Shown here one piece after another: positions 17,769-27,319 of a DNA stretch of 32,000 bases (within the stretch, counting starts at the first letter, position 1; the number at the start of each line of letters is the position of its first letter). This DNA is from an uncultured Chloroflexia bacterium. Its GTDB lineage: Bacteria; Chloroflexota; Anaerolineae; Anaerolineales; Anaerolineaceae. The DNA is taken from positions 4,839,624 to 4,871,623 of the forward strand of contig OY969938.1 of NCBI GenBank assembly GCA_963704755.1, written 5' to 3'. The notes under the pieces were generated by a model. It was given only the letters and a program-made list of their open reading frames with translations, ran no database searches and was not told the DNA's origin. Made by a program: the position numbers and the translations under genes.

Positions 17769-18305
17769 ATGAGCGACTTGTTTGATCGGGTTACGTCAGA
17801 TCAGGATATCTTTAAAAAGCTGCTGGGCAAAATTCCGGGATTCAACGGATACATTGAGCGTGGTAACCGCCGTGTTTCTGATAAATTGCTGCGCGAAACG
17901 ATCGCCAGCCATTATGAGGAATTATGGCAACGTCTGTCTGGTTTACAACGTGATTTCATTCGCCAGGGTGATATTACCCACATTTCCGATCTGGAAGCGG
18001 CTTCGATCAAATTACGCCAATTTATCGATCGGGTGAAAACCGGTGCATATGGCTACACCGGCTTTTTCGACGCGGTGAAGATCAATCAAGACGACCTGGC
18101 CAAAGTTTACCAGTACGACCTGGAATTAATGAACCTGGCCGATGAAGTTTCCGGCGCTATCGATAATGTGGAAGCCTCGGTAGGCTCCGATGGATTACCG
18201 GCAGCGTTGCGGAACGTGGTTAGTGCGGCGCAAAAGTGTGTGACGGCTTACGAAAAACGCACTGAAGTCATGATGGGCGCCGGCAGCGCAAGTTCGGAAC
18301 AATAA
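17769..18305 (+). CDS. Hypothetical protein, predicted all-helical and soluble; family not recognised
   Basis: A 178-aa ORF whose ATG lies 5 nt after AAGGAGG. It has no TM segment and no motif I can name. Heptad-like helical stretches occur (LRETIASHYEELWQRLSGLQRDF; LAKVYQYDLELMNLADEV). It is co-directional with the SPFH gene 128 bp downstream. Confidence 0.6.
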   Translation: MSDLFDRVTSDQDIFKKLLGKIPGFNGYIERGNRRVSDKLLRETIASHYEELWQRLSGLQRDFIRQGDITHISDLEAASIKLRQFIDRVKTGAYGYTGFFDAVKINQDDLAKVYQYDLELMNLADEVSGAIDNVEASVGSDGLPAALRNVVSAAQKCVTAYEKRTEVMMGAGSASSEQ

Positions 18306-18432
18306 TTTTCGGACGATTTTCATTTGATTCGATGTGACTACTCAAATTCCGCTGTAGAACGACGAACGCCTGTTTTTTCTTATATGTTGAGTAGAAACGC
18401 AATGATCATCAATAAACGGGAGTAAAGCAAAG

Positions 18433-19481
18433 ATGGCCAGGATTTTTGATGTTGTTGAATATCCAACCGAGATGACGGATGAGCTCGTTCACCGTTTTCC
18501 CGAGCAAGGTGTTGCCGACTTGCGGATTGGATCACAGGTAATTGTGCGTGAATCGCAACGGGCAGTTTTCTTCCGCGATGGCCGCGCACTGGATTTTTTG
18601 GCCCCGGACGCCATACGATTACAACCGCGAACATTCCGATTTTAGTCGATCTTATCGGCAAAGCCTTTAACGACCGGACGCCTTTCGTCGCAGAAGTGTA
18701 TTATGCGTCGATGCGCGAGTTTGCCGACCGGAAATGGGGTACCCCACAGCCGATTCTGGTCAAGAACCCAGGAATGGGCCTGGGAGTCGCTTTGCTGCAG
18801 GGTTTTGGCAGCTATTCGTTCCAGATCAGCGATCCGCAGCAGTTTGTCACCCAGATCGTCGGTGCACAGGGAATCTACCGGATGGTGGATATCGAGAACC
18901 GGTTGCGGACGATGCTGCTGTCCAAGCTCCAGGACCTGTTGGGTGAAACAGCCGCCAAGAATTCTGTCGCCGATTTGATCGGACTGGTGGAGGAAATTGG
19001 CGCCGGTGTACGGGCTAAAGCGCAGGACGATTTCGCCGCGATCGGTTTGTTATTGAAATCGTTCTACATTGGCAGCCTGAAGCCTTCCGAAAAGTCGGCC
19101 GAAGAACTGCGGGCAATGGGCATGTTGGATATGCAGACCTATACCCAACTGCAGGCCGCGGACGCGCTGCGCGATGCGGCGCAGAACCAGAGCGGTGGGG
19201 CCGGTTTGACCGCCGGTATTGGAGCCGGATTAGGGATTGGCAATGTTATCAGCCAGTCGCTGCAAGGAATGACCGGCGCAGGCGCCGCGACGGCTGCACC
19301 GGCAGCCAATAGCGTGGCCAGCACACCTGCGGTGATGACCCCAGCGGAAGCGGCCCAGGTGTTGCGGGTCTCGGAAGAGGATGTGGTCGCAGCGATCCAA
19401 TCCGGCGACTTGAAAGCCCGGAAGATTGGCAGCGCTTATCGAATCAGCAAGGAAGCGCTGGATGATTTTCTAAAGGGGTAA
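18433..19481 (+). pseudogene. YdjI/COG4260-type SPFH (Band-7) domain protein with a C-terminal excisionase-type HTH; split by a -1 frameshift in a T-run in this sequence
   Basis: Frame A (18433-18645) reads MARIFDVVEYPTEMTDELVHRFPEQG..LRIGSQVIVRESQRAVFFRDGRALDFL. The other frame continues with GPGRHTITTANIPILVDLIGKAFNDRTPFVAEVYYASMREFADRKWGT... into the track ORF 18696-19481. One extra T in the T6 run at 18594-18599 would restore ..ALDFFGPGRH.. The tail TPAEAAQVLRVSEEDVVAAIQSGDLKARKIGSAYRISKEALDDFL is an HTH_17/excisionase-like motif. Confidence 0.75.
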
Positions 19482-19497
19482 ACAAGCGATAAAAAAA

Positions 19498-19531
19498 GGC
19501 CCGGCGGGATACCCCGCCGGGCCTTTTTTTT
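19498..19531 (+). terminator. Intrinsic terminator after the SPFH gene
   Basis: ggcccggcggg atac cccgccgggcc followed by T8. Confidence 0.85.
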
Positions 19532-19836
19532 CACTGCATAAAGAGGGTGTTTTTCTGTAATAGCCGGGTAGTTACTCGATCAGGTAAGAATTAAAATTCG
19601 TGCGAGGGATGATCGTGGTTAACCATTTCGGTCAGCGCCGGCGGACAGGAAGGATTATTTAAATTTCACCCCGTTGCTCCGCAAGGTCAACAATACGCTC
19701 CTGGTGTATAATTTTTTCGTGAAGTACGACCGTTCAAACAAGAGGGATTTTGTCGCTTTCTACGGCCATGTTCTGTGGAAACCCGCAAAATTGTTGTTAT
19801 AGCACTAATCCAGCAACTTCCGAATTGGGAGATAAT

Positions 19837-20979
19837 ATGAATCTTCATGAATATCAATCGAAGCAGATTTTTGCCAGGTACGGTATTCCAATTCCGCATG
19901 GCCGGGTAGCGGGCAATTCGCACGAAGCCAAGCAAATCGCCGAAGAGCTCGGCGGGCGGGTAGTGGTGAAATCGCAGGTTTTAGTCGGTGGCAGGGGCAA
20001 AGCTGGCGGGATCCGCCTGGCAAAATCAGCCGCTGAGGCCGAGGAATTAGCCACGGCTATTCTACAAATGGAAATCAAGGGATTACCGGTTCGGAAAGTG
20101 CTCATCGATGAGGCAGTCAGCATCGAAAAAGAGATATACCTGGGCATCACCAATGACCGGACATCTCGCAAACCGGTCATTATGGCCAGCGCCGAAGGCG
20201 GTGTGGAAATCGAGGAAGTTGCGGCGCGCTCGCCGGAAAAAATCATTCGGGTTCATATCGATCCCCTATTGGGGCTGCGCGAATACCAATCCCGCGACAT
20301 TGCGGTCTCGATCGATTTGCCCAAGGAACAATGGCAGGCGTTTATGAACGTGGCCGAGGGACTATGGCAGGTGTTCCGCGAAAATGACGCTACCCTGGCC
20401 GAGATCAATCCGTTAGTGATTACCAAGGACCAGCATTTGATCGCCCTGGATGGGAAAATGAGCATCGACGATAGCGCGCTGTTCCGTCACACCGATATTG
20501 CTGAAATGCGTGATTTAGATGTAGAAGCCGCACCGGAGATCGAAGCCCGCAAGTACGGGTTGACCTACATTAAATTAGATGGCCAGATTGGCTGTATGGT
20601 CAACGGGGCCGGGTTGGCGATGGCCACGATGGATATCATTAAGCTGCACGGCGGCGAGCCGGCCAACTTCCTGGATATCGGCGGCGGTGCAGGCGCAGAC
20701 AAGGTTGCGGCTGCATTAAGGATTATCCTGAGCGATCCGAACGTCAACGTGGTTCTGATCAATATTTTTGGTGGGATCACCCGCTGTGATGAGGTAGCCC
20801 GCGGCATCCTGGCGGCGATGAAAGAGGTACAGCCGAAGGCACCCATGGTGGTGCGCCTGGTCGGCACGAACGCGGAAGAAGGACGCCAGTTATTGGCTGA
20901 TGCAAAGATGATCACGGCCGAGACGCTGGTCGAAGCGGCCAAGAAGGCTGTACAGGCCTCTGTGGGAGAAAAACAATGA
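19837..20979 (+). CDS. sucC: Succinyl-CoA synthetase (ADP-forming) beta subunit
   Basis: [38 protein letters not shown] and the later [11 protein letters not shown]. The ATG at 19837 lies after GGGAG. The track's longer ORF start at 19750 adds a non-homologous leader. Confidence 0.93.
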   Translation: MNLHEYQSKQIFARYGIPIPHGRVAGNSHEAKQIAEELGGRVVVKSQVLVGGRGKAGGIRLAKSAAEAEELATAILQMEIKGLPVRKVLIDEAVSIEKEIYLGITNDRTSRKPVIMASAEGGVEIEEVAARSPEKIIRVHIDPLLGLREYQSRDIAVSIDLPKEQWQAFMNVAEGLWQVFRENDATLAEINPLVITKDQHLIALDGKMSIDDSALFRHTDIAEMRDLDVEAAPEIEARKYGLTYIKLDGQIGCMVNGAGLAMATMDIIKLHGGEPANFLDIGGGAGADKVAAALRIILSDPNVNVVLINIFGGITRCDEVARGILAAMKEVQPKAPMVVRLVGTNAEEGRQLLADAKMITAETLVEAAKKAVQASVGEKQ

Positions 20980-21842
20980 GCATCCTGATCAACAAGAATT
21001 CCCGCATCCTGGTCCAGGGCGTCACCGGACGCGAAGGCCTGTTTCACACCGAGCAAATGGTACAGTATGGCACGAACGTGGTTGCCGGGGTGACGCCGGG
21101 TAAAGGCGGCGATTGGGTCATGGATGGGAAAGTACCCGTGTTCGATTCCGCCAAGGTGGCCGTGGAAGCCACCGGCGCTAACGTTTCAGTAATTTTTGTG
21201 CCGGCCCGCTTTGCCGCTGACGCGATTTTCGAGGCAGCCGATGCCGGCCTGGAGTTGATTTTTTGCATCACGGAGATGATTCCGGTGCAGGACATGATGC
21301 GGGTCAGGGAATACCTGGATAATAAGGACGTGCGCCTGGTCGGACCGAACTGCCCGGGCGCTTTGACCCCCGGCGAGGCAAAAGTAGGCATTATCCCGGG
21401 CAATATCGCCATTCCGGGCAATATCGGGGTAGTCTCACGTTCCGGTACGCTGACCTACGAAGTCTTGTACGCCTTGAAGAATCAGGGGATGGGCGCCAGC
21501 AGTTGTGTGGGTATCGGCGGCGACCCGGTCAACGGGACGAATTTTATCGATGTACTCAGCCTATTCGAGGCCGATCCATACACCGACAAGATCGTGTTGA
21601 TCGGTGAAATCGGTGGCTCGGACGAAGAACGGGCGGCCGAATATATTTCACGCTATATGACCAAACCGGTGGTTTCGTTTATCGCCGGGCAATCCGCTCC
21701 TCCCGGACGGCGGATGGGCCATGCCGGTGCGATTATTGAAGGCGGCAGCGGGACGGCCGCGGACAAGATCAAGGCCTTGAACAACGCCGGGGTACGGGTT
21801 GCCAACCACCCGGAAGAAATTCCGTCTTTGTTGAAAAATTAA
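20976..21842 (+). CDS. sucD: Succinyl-CoA synthetase alpha subunit
   Basis: [20 protein letters not shown] and the active-site GHAGAII. It overlaps sucC through ATGA. Confidence 0.95.
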   Translation: MSILINKNSRILVQGVTGREGLFHTEQMVQYGTNVVAGVTPGKGGDWVMDGKVPVFDSAKVAVEATGANVSVIFVPARFAADAIFEAADAGLELIFCITEMIPVQDMMRVREYLDNKDVRLVGPNCPGALTPGEAKVGIIPGNIAIPGNIGVVSRSGTLTYEVLYALKNQGMGASSCVGIGGDPVNGTNFIDVLSLFEADPYTDKIVLIGEIGGSDEERAAEYISRYMTKPVVSFIAGQSAPPGRRMGHAGAIIEGGSGTAADKIKALNNAGVRVANHPEEIPSLLKN

Positions 21843-21866
21843 AGTTCATCGCCAGCGGGCGAATAT

Positions 21867-21910
21867 AAAACAACCACCGCAAGCCAGATTTGCTTGCGGT
21901 GGTTGTTTTT
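21867..21910. terminator. Intrinsic terminator, bidirectional in form, between sucD (+) and the ACP gene (-)
   Basis: aaaacaaccaccgcaagc / cagattt / gcttgcggtggttgtttt(t): an 18-bp perfect stem whose arms begin with an A-run and end with a T-run. Confidence 0.8.
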
Positions 21911-22008
21911 CAACCTGCCGGCCCGGGTGACGCATACTTCCCGATGGTTATTTGCCACGGGTCAAACCGGTTGGTTGAATTCTTGCGTGAATTGAATGAA
22001 AGAAAAAA

Positions 22009-22242
22009 TTACTTGTGGGACTGAATGAAGGTTACGGCATCCTGGACGCTCTTGATCTGGCGGGCGTCTTCATCGGAAATGGCAATATCGAACTTCTCAC
22101 TCAAACCGTCGATCAGGAAAAACTGGTCCATTGAATCGGCTTTAAGATCTTCGATGAACCGAGTCTCCAGGCCGATCTCGGCGCCATCGACCTTGAGAAC
22201 ATCAACAATTACAGATTTCACATCGTCTAAAATATCGCTCAT
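22009..22242 (-). CDS. acpP: Acyl carrier protein (stand-alone)
   Basis: 77 aa: MSDILDDVKSVIVDVLKVDGAEIGLETRFIEDLKADSMDQFFLI.. The D-S-(L/M)-D phosphopantetheine attachment motif sits in the expected position. GGAGGT lies 6 nt upstream of the start. Confidence 0.85.
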   Translation of the reverse strand: MSDILDDVKSVIVDVLKVDGAEIGLETRFIEDLKADSMDQFFLIDGLSEKFDIAISDEDARQIKSVQDAVTFIQSHK

Positions 22243-22603
22243 CGGGTACCTCCGTAAAGGTGATAGGCTTGCGGTGAAGATATTGTAACTTCCCTGGGTA
22301 ATCTGTCAAGTGAGACAGGCCGTTTATGGCCGGGTTTGGCGGAGAGCGCTTCATGCGGCAGGGTTTGGTCCCCCCAGCAGATGTAAAAGTCCTGAACGGA
22401 CGCCGATCCATCGGAAAAAGCAGCCAATATTTGATATACTGGCATCAGAATGATACGCTTAGAATGACCTGCCTGCAAATACTGGAACTTCTCCCTTAAA
22501 CCGGATTCGTTGCGCCGGATAAAAAATTATGGATCCACTGGGGGCTGGGGAGAACCAATTTTAAAGCGGCATATTGACATCGTTGAGGTTAAATATTCAC
22601 AAT

Positions 22604-23638
22604 ATGAATGCACCTGAGTCAAATAAGTCCGCTGACCGGAAGGCCGATCACATTCGCATCAACCTGGAAGAAGACGTGAAATCGGGTTTGACGACCGGGT
22701 TCGAACGGCTGTCATTCCTCCACCAGGCGCTACCCGAAATGGCCCTGGAAGAGGTAGATCCCTCGATGGAGATCTTTGGGAAGCGCCTGGCCTTCCCATT
22801 GTTGATATCTTCGATGACCGGCGGCAACGAGCAAGCCGGCCAGATTAACCTCAGGCTGGCAGAAGCTGCCCAGGCGGCCGGGATCGCGATGGGACTGGGT
22901 TCGATGCGAGTTGCGATCGAAAAACCAGAGGCCCGTGATTCTTTTATGGTCCGGCGAGCAGCGCCAGATATTCTATTGTTTGCCAACCTGGGTGCCGTCC
23001 AATTGAATTATGGTTATGGCGCCGAGGATTGTAAGCGCGCGCTGGATATGGTTGGTGCAGATGCACTGGTACTGCACCTTAATCCCCTCCAGGAAGCCCT
23101 TCAGCCGGAAGGCAACACCAATTTCCACGGGCTATTACGGGAGATCGAAAATGTGTGCCGGGCCCTGGATGTGCCGGTGATTGTCAAGGAAGTGGGCTGG
23201 GGCATCTCTGCTGAAACGGCCAAAAAGCTGATCGAAGCCGGTGTGGCCGCGATCGATGTAGCCGGTGCGGGGGGTACTTCCTGGTCGCAGGTGGAGATGT
23301 ACCGCATCCACGATGACCACCGGGCGCGCGTGGCGGCTGCTTTCCGGGATTGGGGCATTCCGACTGCCCAAGCCTTGCGCAGTATTCGCGAAGCGGTGCC
23401 AGAGGCTGTTGTTTTTGCCTCAGGCGGGCTGCGGGACGGGATCGACCTGGCCAAGGCGATTGCCCTGGGGGCCACTTTGGGTGGCCTGGCCAGTCCATTT
23501 CTAAAGGCGGCGGCGGTCTCGACCGAGGAAGTCGCCCAGGCTATTCAAGAAATCACTACAACTTTGCGCATAGCCATGTTCGGCTGTGGGGCAAGAAACA
23601 TCACCGCATTAAAAGAAACTCGTTTGCTGGAGCGTTAA
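22604..23638 (+). CDS. fni: Type 2 (FMN-dependent) isopentenyl-diphosphate delta-isomerase
   Basis: [29 protein letters not shown] and [10 protein letters not shown] are present. I prefer the ATG at 22604 (MNAPES..) over the track's TTG at 22574. Confidence 0.9.
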   Translation: MNAPESNKSADRKADHIRINLEEDVKSGLTTGFERLSFLHQALPEMALEEVDPSMEIFGKRLAFPLLISSMTGGNEQAGQINLRLAEAAQAAGIAMGLGSMRVAIEKPEARDSFMVRRAAPDILLFANLGAVQLNYGYGAEDCKRALDMVGADALVLHLNPLQEALQPEGNTNFHGLLREIENVCRALDVPVIVKEVGWGISAETAKKLIEAGVAAIDVAGAGGTSWSQVEMYRIHDDHRARVAAAFRDWGIPTAQALRSIREAVPEAVVFASGGLRDGIDLAKAIALGATLGGLASPFLKAAAVSTEEVAQAIQEITTTLRIAMFGCGARNITALKETRLLER

Positions 23639-24657
23639 TGGCAACCCTGCTGCCGGATTACACCCAAGAAATGCTGCCGGAGATCGACCGGCAATTGTAT
23701 GCGCTGGTCAACCGGCCGGAATTGGACCCCTATCCCGGGTTGGCCGAAATGTTGAGCTACCACATGGGCTGGGAAGGGCCGTACGGACAGACGGCTGCTC
23801 AGGGCAAACGGATCCGCCCTCTGCTGGTTTTGATCACAGCCGGCGCTTTTGGAGCTGACTGGCGGGCTGCACTGCCGGCCGCGGTGGTGGTGGAGCTCAT
23901 CCATAATTTTTCATTGATCCACGACGATATCGAAGACCGCAGTGTCTTGCGGCGCGGCCGGGCAACCTTATGGGATAAATGGGGTCAGGCGTTGGCCATC
24001 AACGCCGGAGATGCCTTGTTTACGCTTGCCTATCAGGCAATCGAAGCGGTCGAAACCACCTGCGGGCCGGAAGTTATGGCGGGTTGTTTTAAGATAATCA
24101 ATCAAGCCTGTCTCAAGTTGACCGGCGGCCAGCACCTGGACATTTCCTACGAGCACGAGCGCAGTTTGCCGGTTGATTCCTATTGGAACATGATCGCCGG
24201 AAAGACGGCGGCCCTGCTTGCCGCCTGTACCGGGTTGGGCGGACTGATCGGCGGAGCAACCCAGGACCGGTTGGGTGAAATCGAGAAATTTGGTTATTAC
24301 CTGGGATTGGGTTTTCAGGTCCAGGATGATTGGCTGGGTATTTGGGGTGACGCTGCCCTGACCGGTAAATCTACCGAGAGCGACCTGGTCACCGGGAAGA
24401 AGACCCTGCCCATTTTATTTGCCCTGCAAAACGAAGGCGAATTTGCCAAACACTGGCTGGACGGGAATATCCAGGGCCAGGATGTGGCTGGCCTGACCCG
24501 CATGCTGGAAAGCGAGGGGGCGAAATCGTACACCGAAGCGCAGGTGGCCGAACTGACCGGAAAAGCCATAAATGCGTTATCGGCGGCTCAATGCAGTGAA
24601 CCGGGCGGCGCGATCTTGAAAAAACTGGCCCTGGGACTGATCGGCCGGCAAAGTTAA
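23638..24657 (+). CDS. Polyprenyl (geranylgeranyl-type) diphosphate synthase
   Basis: [10 protein letters not shown]...GKRIRPLL...LIHDDIEDRSVLRRGR (first Asp-rich motif) and FQVQDDWLGIWGD...GK (second motif, DDxxG variant). Its ATG overlaps the fni stop (TAATG). The track ORF start at 23350 lies inside fni in another frame. Confidence 0.88.
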   Translation: MATLLPDYTQEMLPEIDRQLYALVNRPELDPYPGLAEMLSYHMGWEGPYGQTAAQGKRIRPLLVLITAGAFGADWRAALPAAVVVELIHNFSLIHDDIEDRSVLRRGRATLWDKWGQALAINAGDALFTLAYQAIEAVETTCGPEVMAGCFKIINQACLKLTGGQHLDISYEHERSLPVDSYWNMIAGKTAALLAACTGLGGLIGGATQDRLGEIEKFGYYLGLGFQVQDDWLGIWGDAALTGKSTESDLVTGKKTLPILFALQNEGEFAKHWLDGNIQGQDVAGLTRMLESEGAKSYTEAQVAELTGKAINALSAAQCSEPGGAILKKLALGLIGRQS

Positions 24658-24909
24658 TTGACTTTGTTTATCCAATATTCTTTTAACATGAAACGGTTAT
24701 GATATTATTGCTTGCTGATGTTCGCTGGACGATAACTAATAATTTTTTCGCTGCGAACCCCGGCCATGAACGCCAGGGCTTGCGATAAAAATTTATTTTA
24801 CGAGAACGCCAAAATAATGGTACGAGAATCGATCTGCAAAACTTTGTTATCCAAGGAGAACGAGGCAACAATTTACAGGTAAATCGAGGAAAAATCGAGG
24901 AAAAACATC

Positions 24910-25558
24910 ATGGAAAAATCATTGTCAGTAAGTGACCCGGCGATCTACGCGGCAGCCGACTTGATCGAGGATGACGGAATTGATTGTGACACGATCCAGG
25001 AAAGTGTCGCACACATGCTTTCGGCATTTGGCGAGAACCCGGAGCGTGATGGCTTACAACGCACCCCGGAACGGGTGGCTCGTATGTATGAAGAACTGTT
25101 AGAAGGGTATCGCACCGATCCGGTTGCCCTGGTCAATGACGCATTGTTTACGGTCGAGTACGACGAAATGGTCATTGTCCGGGATATCGAATTCTATTCG
25201 CTGTGCGAGCATCACCTCTTGCCGTTCCTGGGACGAGCCCACGTGGCCTACATGCCCAGCACCCGTGTCATTGGCCTTTCAAAAGATTCCCCGGATTGTC
25301 GATATGTTTGCCCGCCGGTTGCAGGTTCAGGAACGTATGACCACCCAGATTGCGAATTTCCTGGAAGAGGTGCTGCATCCTAAAGGCGTCGCGGTGGTGG
25401 TCGAGGCTATCCACATGTGTTCGATGATCCGCGGGGTTAAAAAGCACGACTCGCGCATGACCACATCCAGCATGTTGGGAGCTTTTCGCAATAATATGGC
25501 CACCCGCATGGAGTTCCTGGATAACATTTCGCGCAGCTCGGAACCGCTGCATTTCTAA
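24910..25558 (+). pseudogene. folE: GTP cyclohydrolase I, split by a +1 frameshift in an A-run in this sequence
   Basis: Frame A reads ..[20 protein letters not shown]...[31 protein letters not shown] and then becomes junk. Frame B (track ORF 25124-25558) resumes with [52 protein letters not shown]. Removing one A from the A4 run at 25281-25284 gives the canonical ..VIGLSKIPRIVD... Confidence 0.88.
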
Positions 25559-25565
25559 GCCGGGT

Positions 25566-25605
25566 AAAAAATTCAGGGATGCGAATTCATTCGCATCCCT
25601 GAATT
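25566..25605 (-). terminator. Intrinsic terminator between convergent folE and folB-folK (T-tract on the minus-strand side)
   Basis: A 17-bp perfect inverted repeat, aattcagggatgcgaat / tc / attcgcatccctgaatt. On the minus strand it is followed by TTTTTTAC. Confidence 0.7.
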
Positions 25606-25613
25606 AAAGCTGC

Positions 25614-26480
25614 TCAGTATTCGAGGTTTACGGGCTGGTTCTGAAACGGGAAGGAGACGTCCGAACGCCGGGTGATTTCACCGGCCGCTTTGAGTTCTTT
25701 GGCGACCTGGCGCAGCGACCGGCCTGTGGCCGGGTCGCTCAGGTCGGGCCGCAGCTCGGCGGTAGGAACTGCCAGGTAATTTTGACGCCAGAGGGCCGGC
25801 TCGAGGATCTTCTCGTCGTAAACAATCAGGTCCAGGTCGATGGTGCGGGGGGCGAATTTGTCTTCACTGCGCACCCGGCCAAGGCTGGTCTCGATCCGGC
25901 TCAGCACAGTCTGTTTAAGCTCGTCCGGGTTCAACAGGGTTGAAATCCAGGCGGTAGCGTTCAAAAAGCGTGGGCCGGACTGGCCAACGGCAGCGGTTTC
26001 CCAAACGGATGAGAGCGCATAAAGGTCACAGGTCTCGCGTAGCATTCTGGCAGCGGCCTGGATATTCTTGGCCGGTTCGATGTTCGAGCCCAGGCTGATA
26101 TAGGCCTGCCGGCCAGGTGGGTTACTTTTTTCTGGAAAGCGTTCGATCTCCACCCCTACCGAGCGCGAAAAACGGGCTGCTCCGGGCTTCTCGACCCGTA
26201 CACGGACTCCGCTGACGCCATTTTCTTCCAGGCAAATGCGGGCTATATCGGTTGCCAGGGCTTCGACCGTGTACCGCCTGGAGCGTTCGACGAAGGCGAC
26301 CAATTTTTTGGATACGGTGCGGTAATTGATGCAATCATCGATTGCATCGCTCTGGCCGGCTTTGGAAATATCACCATACATCACGATATTCAATAAGATA
26401 TCCTGGGGCTGCGATCGCTCATGATCGCTGATTCCCAGGATGCCACGAATCAACAGGTCGGAGATAAAGGTCTGGTCCAT
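25614..26480 (-). CDS. folBK: Bifunctional dihydroneopterin aldolase (FolB) / 6-hydroxymethyl-dihydropterin pyrophosphokinase (FolK)
   Basis: The N-terminal half (GILGISDHERSQPQDILLNIVMY...DDCINYRTV...VRVRVEKPGA) is FolB-like. The C-terminal half (AYISLGSNIEP...RFLNATAWISTLL...GRVRSEDKFAPRTIDLDLIVYD) is HPPK-like. Confidence 0.85.
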   Translation of the reverse strand: MDQTFISDLLIRGILGISDHERSQPQDILLNIVMYGDISKAGQSDAIDDCINYRTVSKKLVAFVERSRRYTVEALATDIARICLEENGVSGVRVRVEKPGAARFSRSVGVEIERFPEKSNPPGRQAYISLGSNIEPAKNIQAAARMLRETCDLYALSSVWETAAVGQSGPRFLNATAWISTLLNPDELKQTVLSRIETSLGRVRSEDKFAPRTIDLDLIVYDEKILEPALWRQNYLAVPTAELRPDLSDPATGRSLRQVAKELKAAGEITRRSDVSFPFQNQPVNLEY

Positions 26481-26491
26481 ATGCCTCCCGG

Positions 26492-27217
26492 CTAAATAAG
26501 ATGTCTGCCCCCATCGACGTGCAAGATTTCACCGGTAATATAGTCGGGGCCGTCGAGCAAGAATAACAACGCCTTGTTTACTTCATCGGTCCCGGCCCAG
26601 CGACCGGCGGGTACTTTTTTAAGGATTTTGCCTGCATCAGCGCCATCCGTGGGAGGCAAAATCGCACCCAGGGCCAGGCCATTCACCAGAATGCCCGGCG
26701 CTAAAGCCTGCGCCAGAGATTGAGTTAAAGCGGCCAGGCCGGCCTTGGTGATGGTGTATGGCAAGTGATCGCTGCCGGGGTGTAAGGCGCGCCAGTCCAG
26801 GATGTTGACGATCCTGCCCGGGTTTTTTGTCCCCAGTTTGCGTCCAAAGGCCTGCGAGATCAAGAAGGGGGCGGTCAGGTTGACGGCCAGGTGGCGCTGC
26901 CAATCGTCCAGGGTAGTGGTTTGCCAGTCGAGCGCTTCGAAAATGGCCGCGCTGTTGACCACAGCATCGAATGGGCGGAGCTGCCAGGCCCGTTCGACAA
27001 GCCGGCTCGCAGATTGTGGATCGCCCAGATCGGCCTGGACTATCCAGGACTGGCGGCCCATCGCGCGGATTTTGGCCGCGGTTTCCTCTGCCTCGCCAGA
27101 TGAATGGCCATAATGGATGATCACGTCCGCGCCGGCCTGGGCGACGGCGAAACTAAAGGCCTGCCCCAGGCGCCGGGCTGCGCCGGTGATTAACACGGTT
27201 TTATTTTCGAGGCTCAT
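26492..27217 (-). CDS. Short-chain dehydrogenase/reductase, pteridine reductase (PTR1/FolM)-like
   Basis: VLITGAARRLGQAFSFAVAQAGADVIIHYGHSSGEAEETAAKI...VQADLGD closely follows the PTR1/FolM N-terminal pattern (TGAAKRLG...HY..S). Also present are NSAA, the catalytic Y-x-x-x-K (YTITKAGL) and the C-terminal ITGEILHVDGG. It lies 11 nt upstream of folB-folK on the same strand. Confidence 0.7.
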   Translation of the reverse strand: MSLENKTVLITGAARRLGQAFSFAVAQAGADVIIHYGHSSGEAEETAAKIRAMGRQSWIVQADLGDPQSASRLVERAWQLRPFDAVVNSAAIFEALDWQTTTLDDWQRHLAVNLTAPFLISQAFGRKLGTKNPGRIVNILDWRALHPGSDHLPYTITKAGLAALTQSLAQALAPGILVNGLALGAILPPTDGADAGKILKKVPAGRWAGTDEVNKALLFLLDGPDYITGEILHVDGGRHLI

Positions 27218-27319
27218 GGCACCATCCCCAGGATTTGCAGAAAAGTGAATTGACCCAAAGGTTCATCCTGGCCTGGGGTAGATTATACCTGGATGTGGGG
27301 TACGGAACAATTCGTGGTA

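Noticed and set aside
19750-19836. An upstream extension of the sucC ORF, plus the antisense ORFs at 19687-19935 and 19805-20023.
   Set aside because: SucC homologues start at MNLHEYQ. That ATG has its own GGGAG site, and the extension has no homology-like features.
23350-23637. A 96-codon N-terminal extension of the polyprenyl synthase ORF.
   Set aside because: It overlaps the 3' end of fni in another frame and translates to Gly/Arg-rich junk. The ATG at 23638 (TAATG coupling) gives a normal family N-terminus.
24658-24909. A possible THF or preQ1 riboswitch upstream of folE, and a perfect tandem 11-mer (aatcgaggaaa x2, 24882-24903) just before the ATG.
   Set aside because: I could not find the conserved cores of THF-I/II or preQ1 riboswitches. 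The tandem 11-mer simply duplicates an SD-like GAGGA and is most simply a small slippage duplication, so I do not call it a feature.
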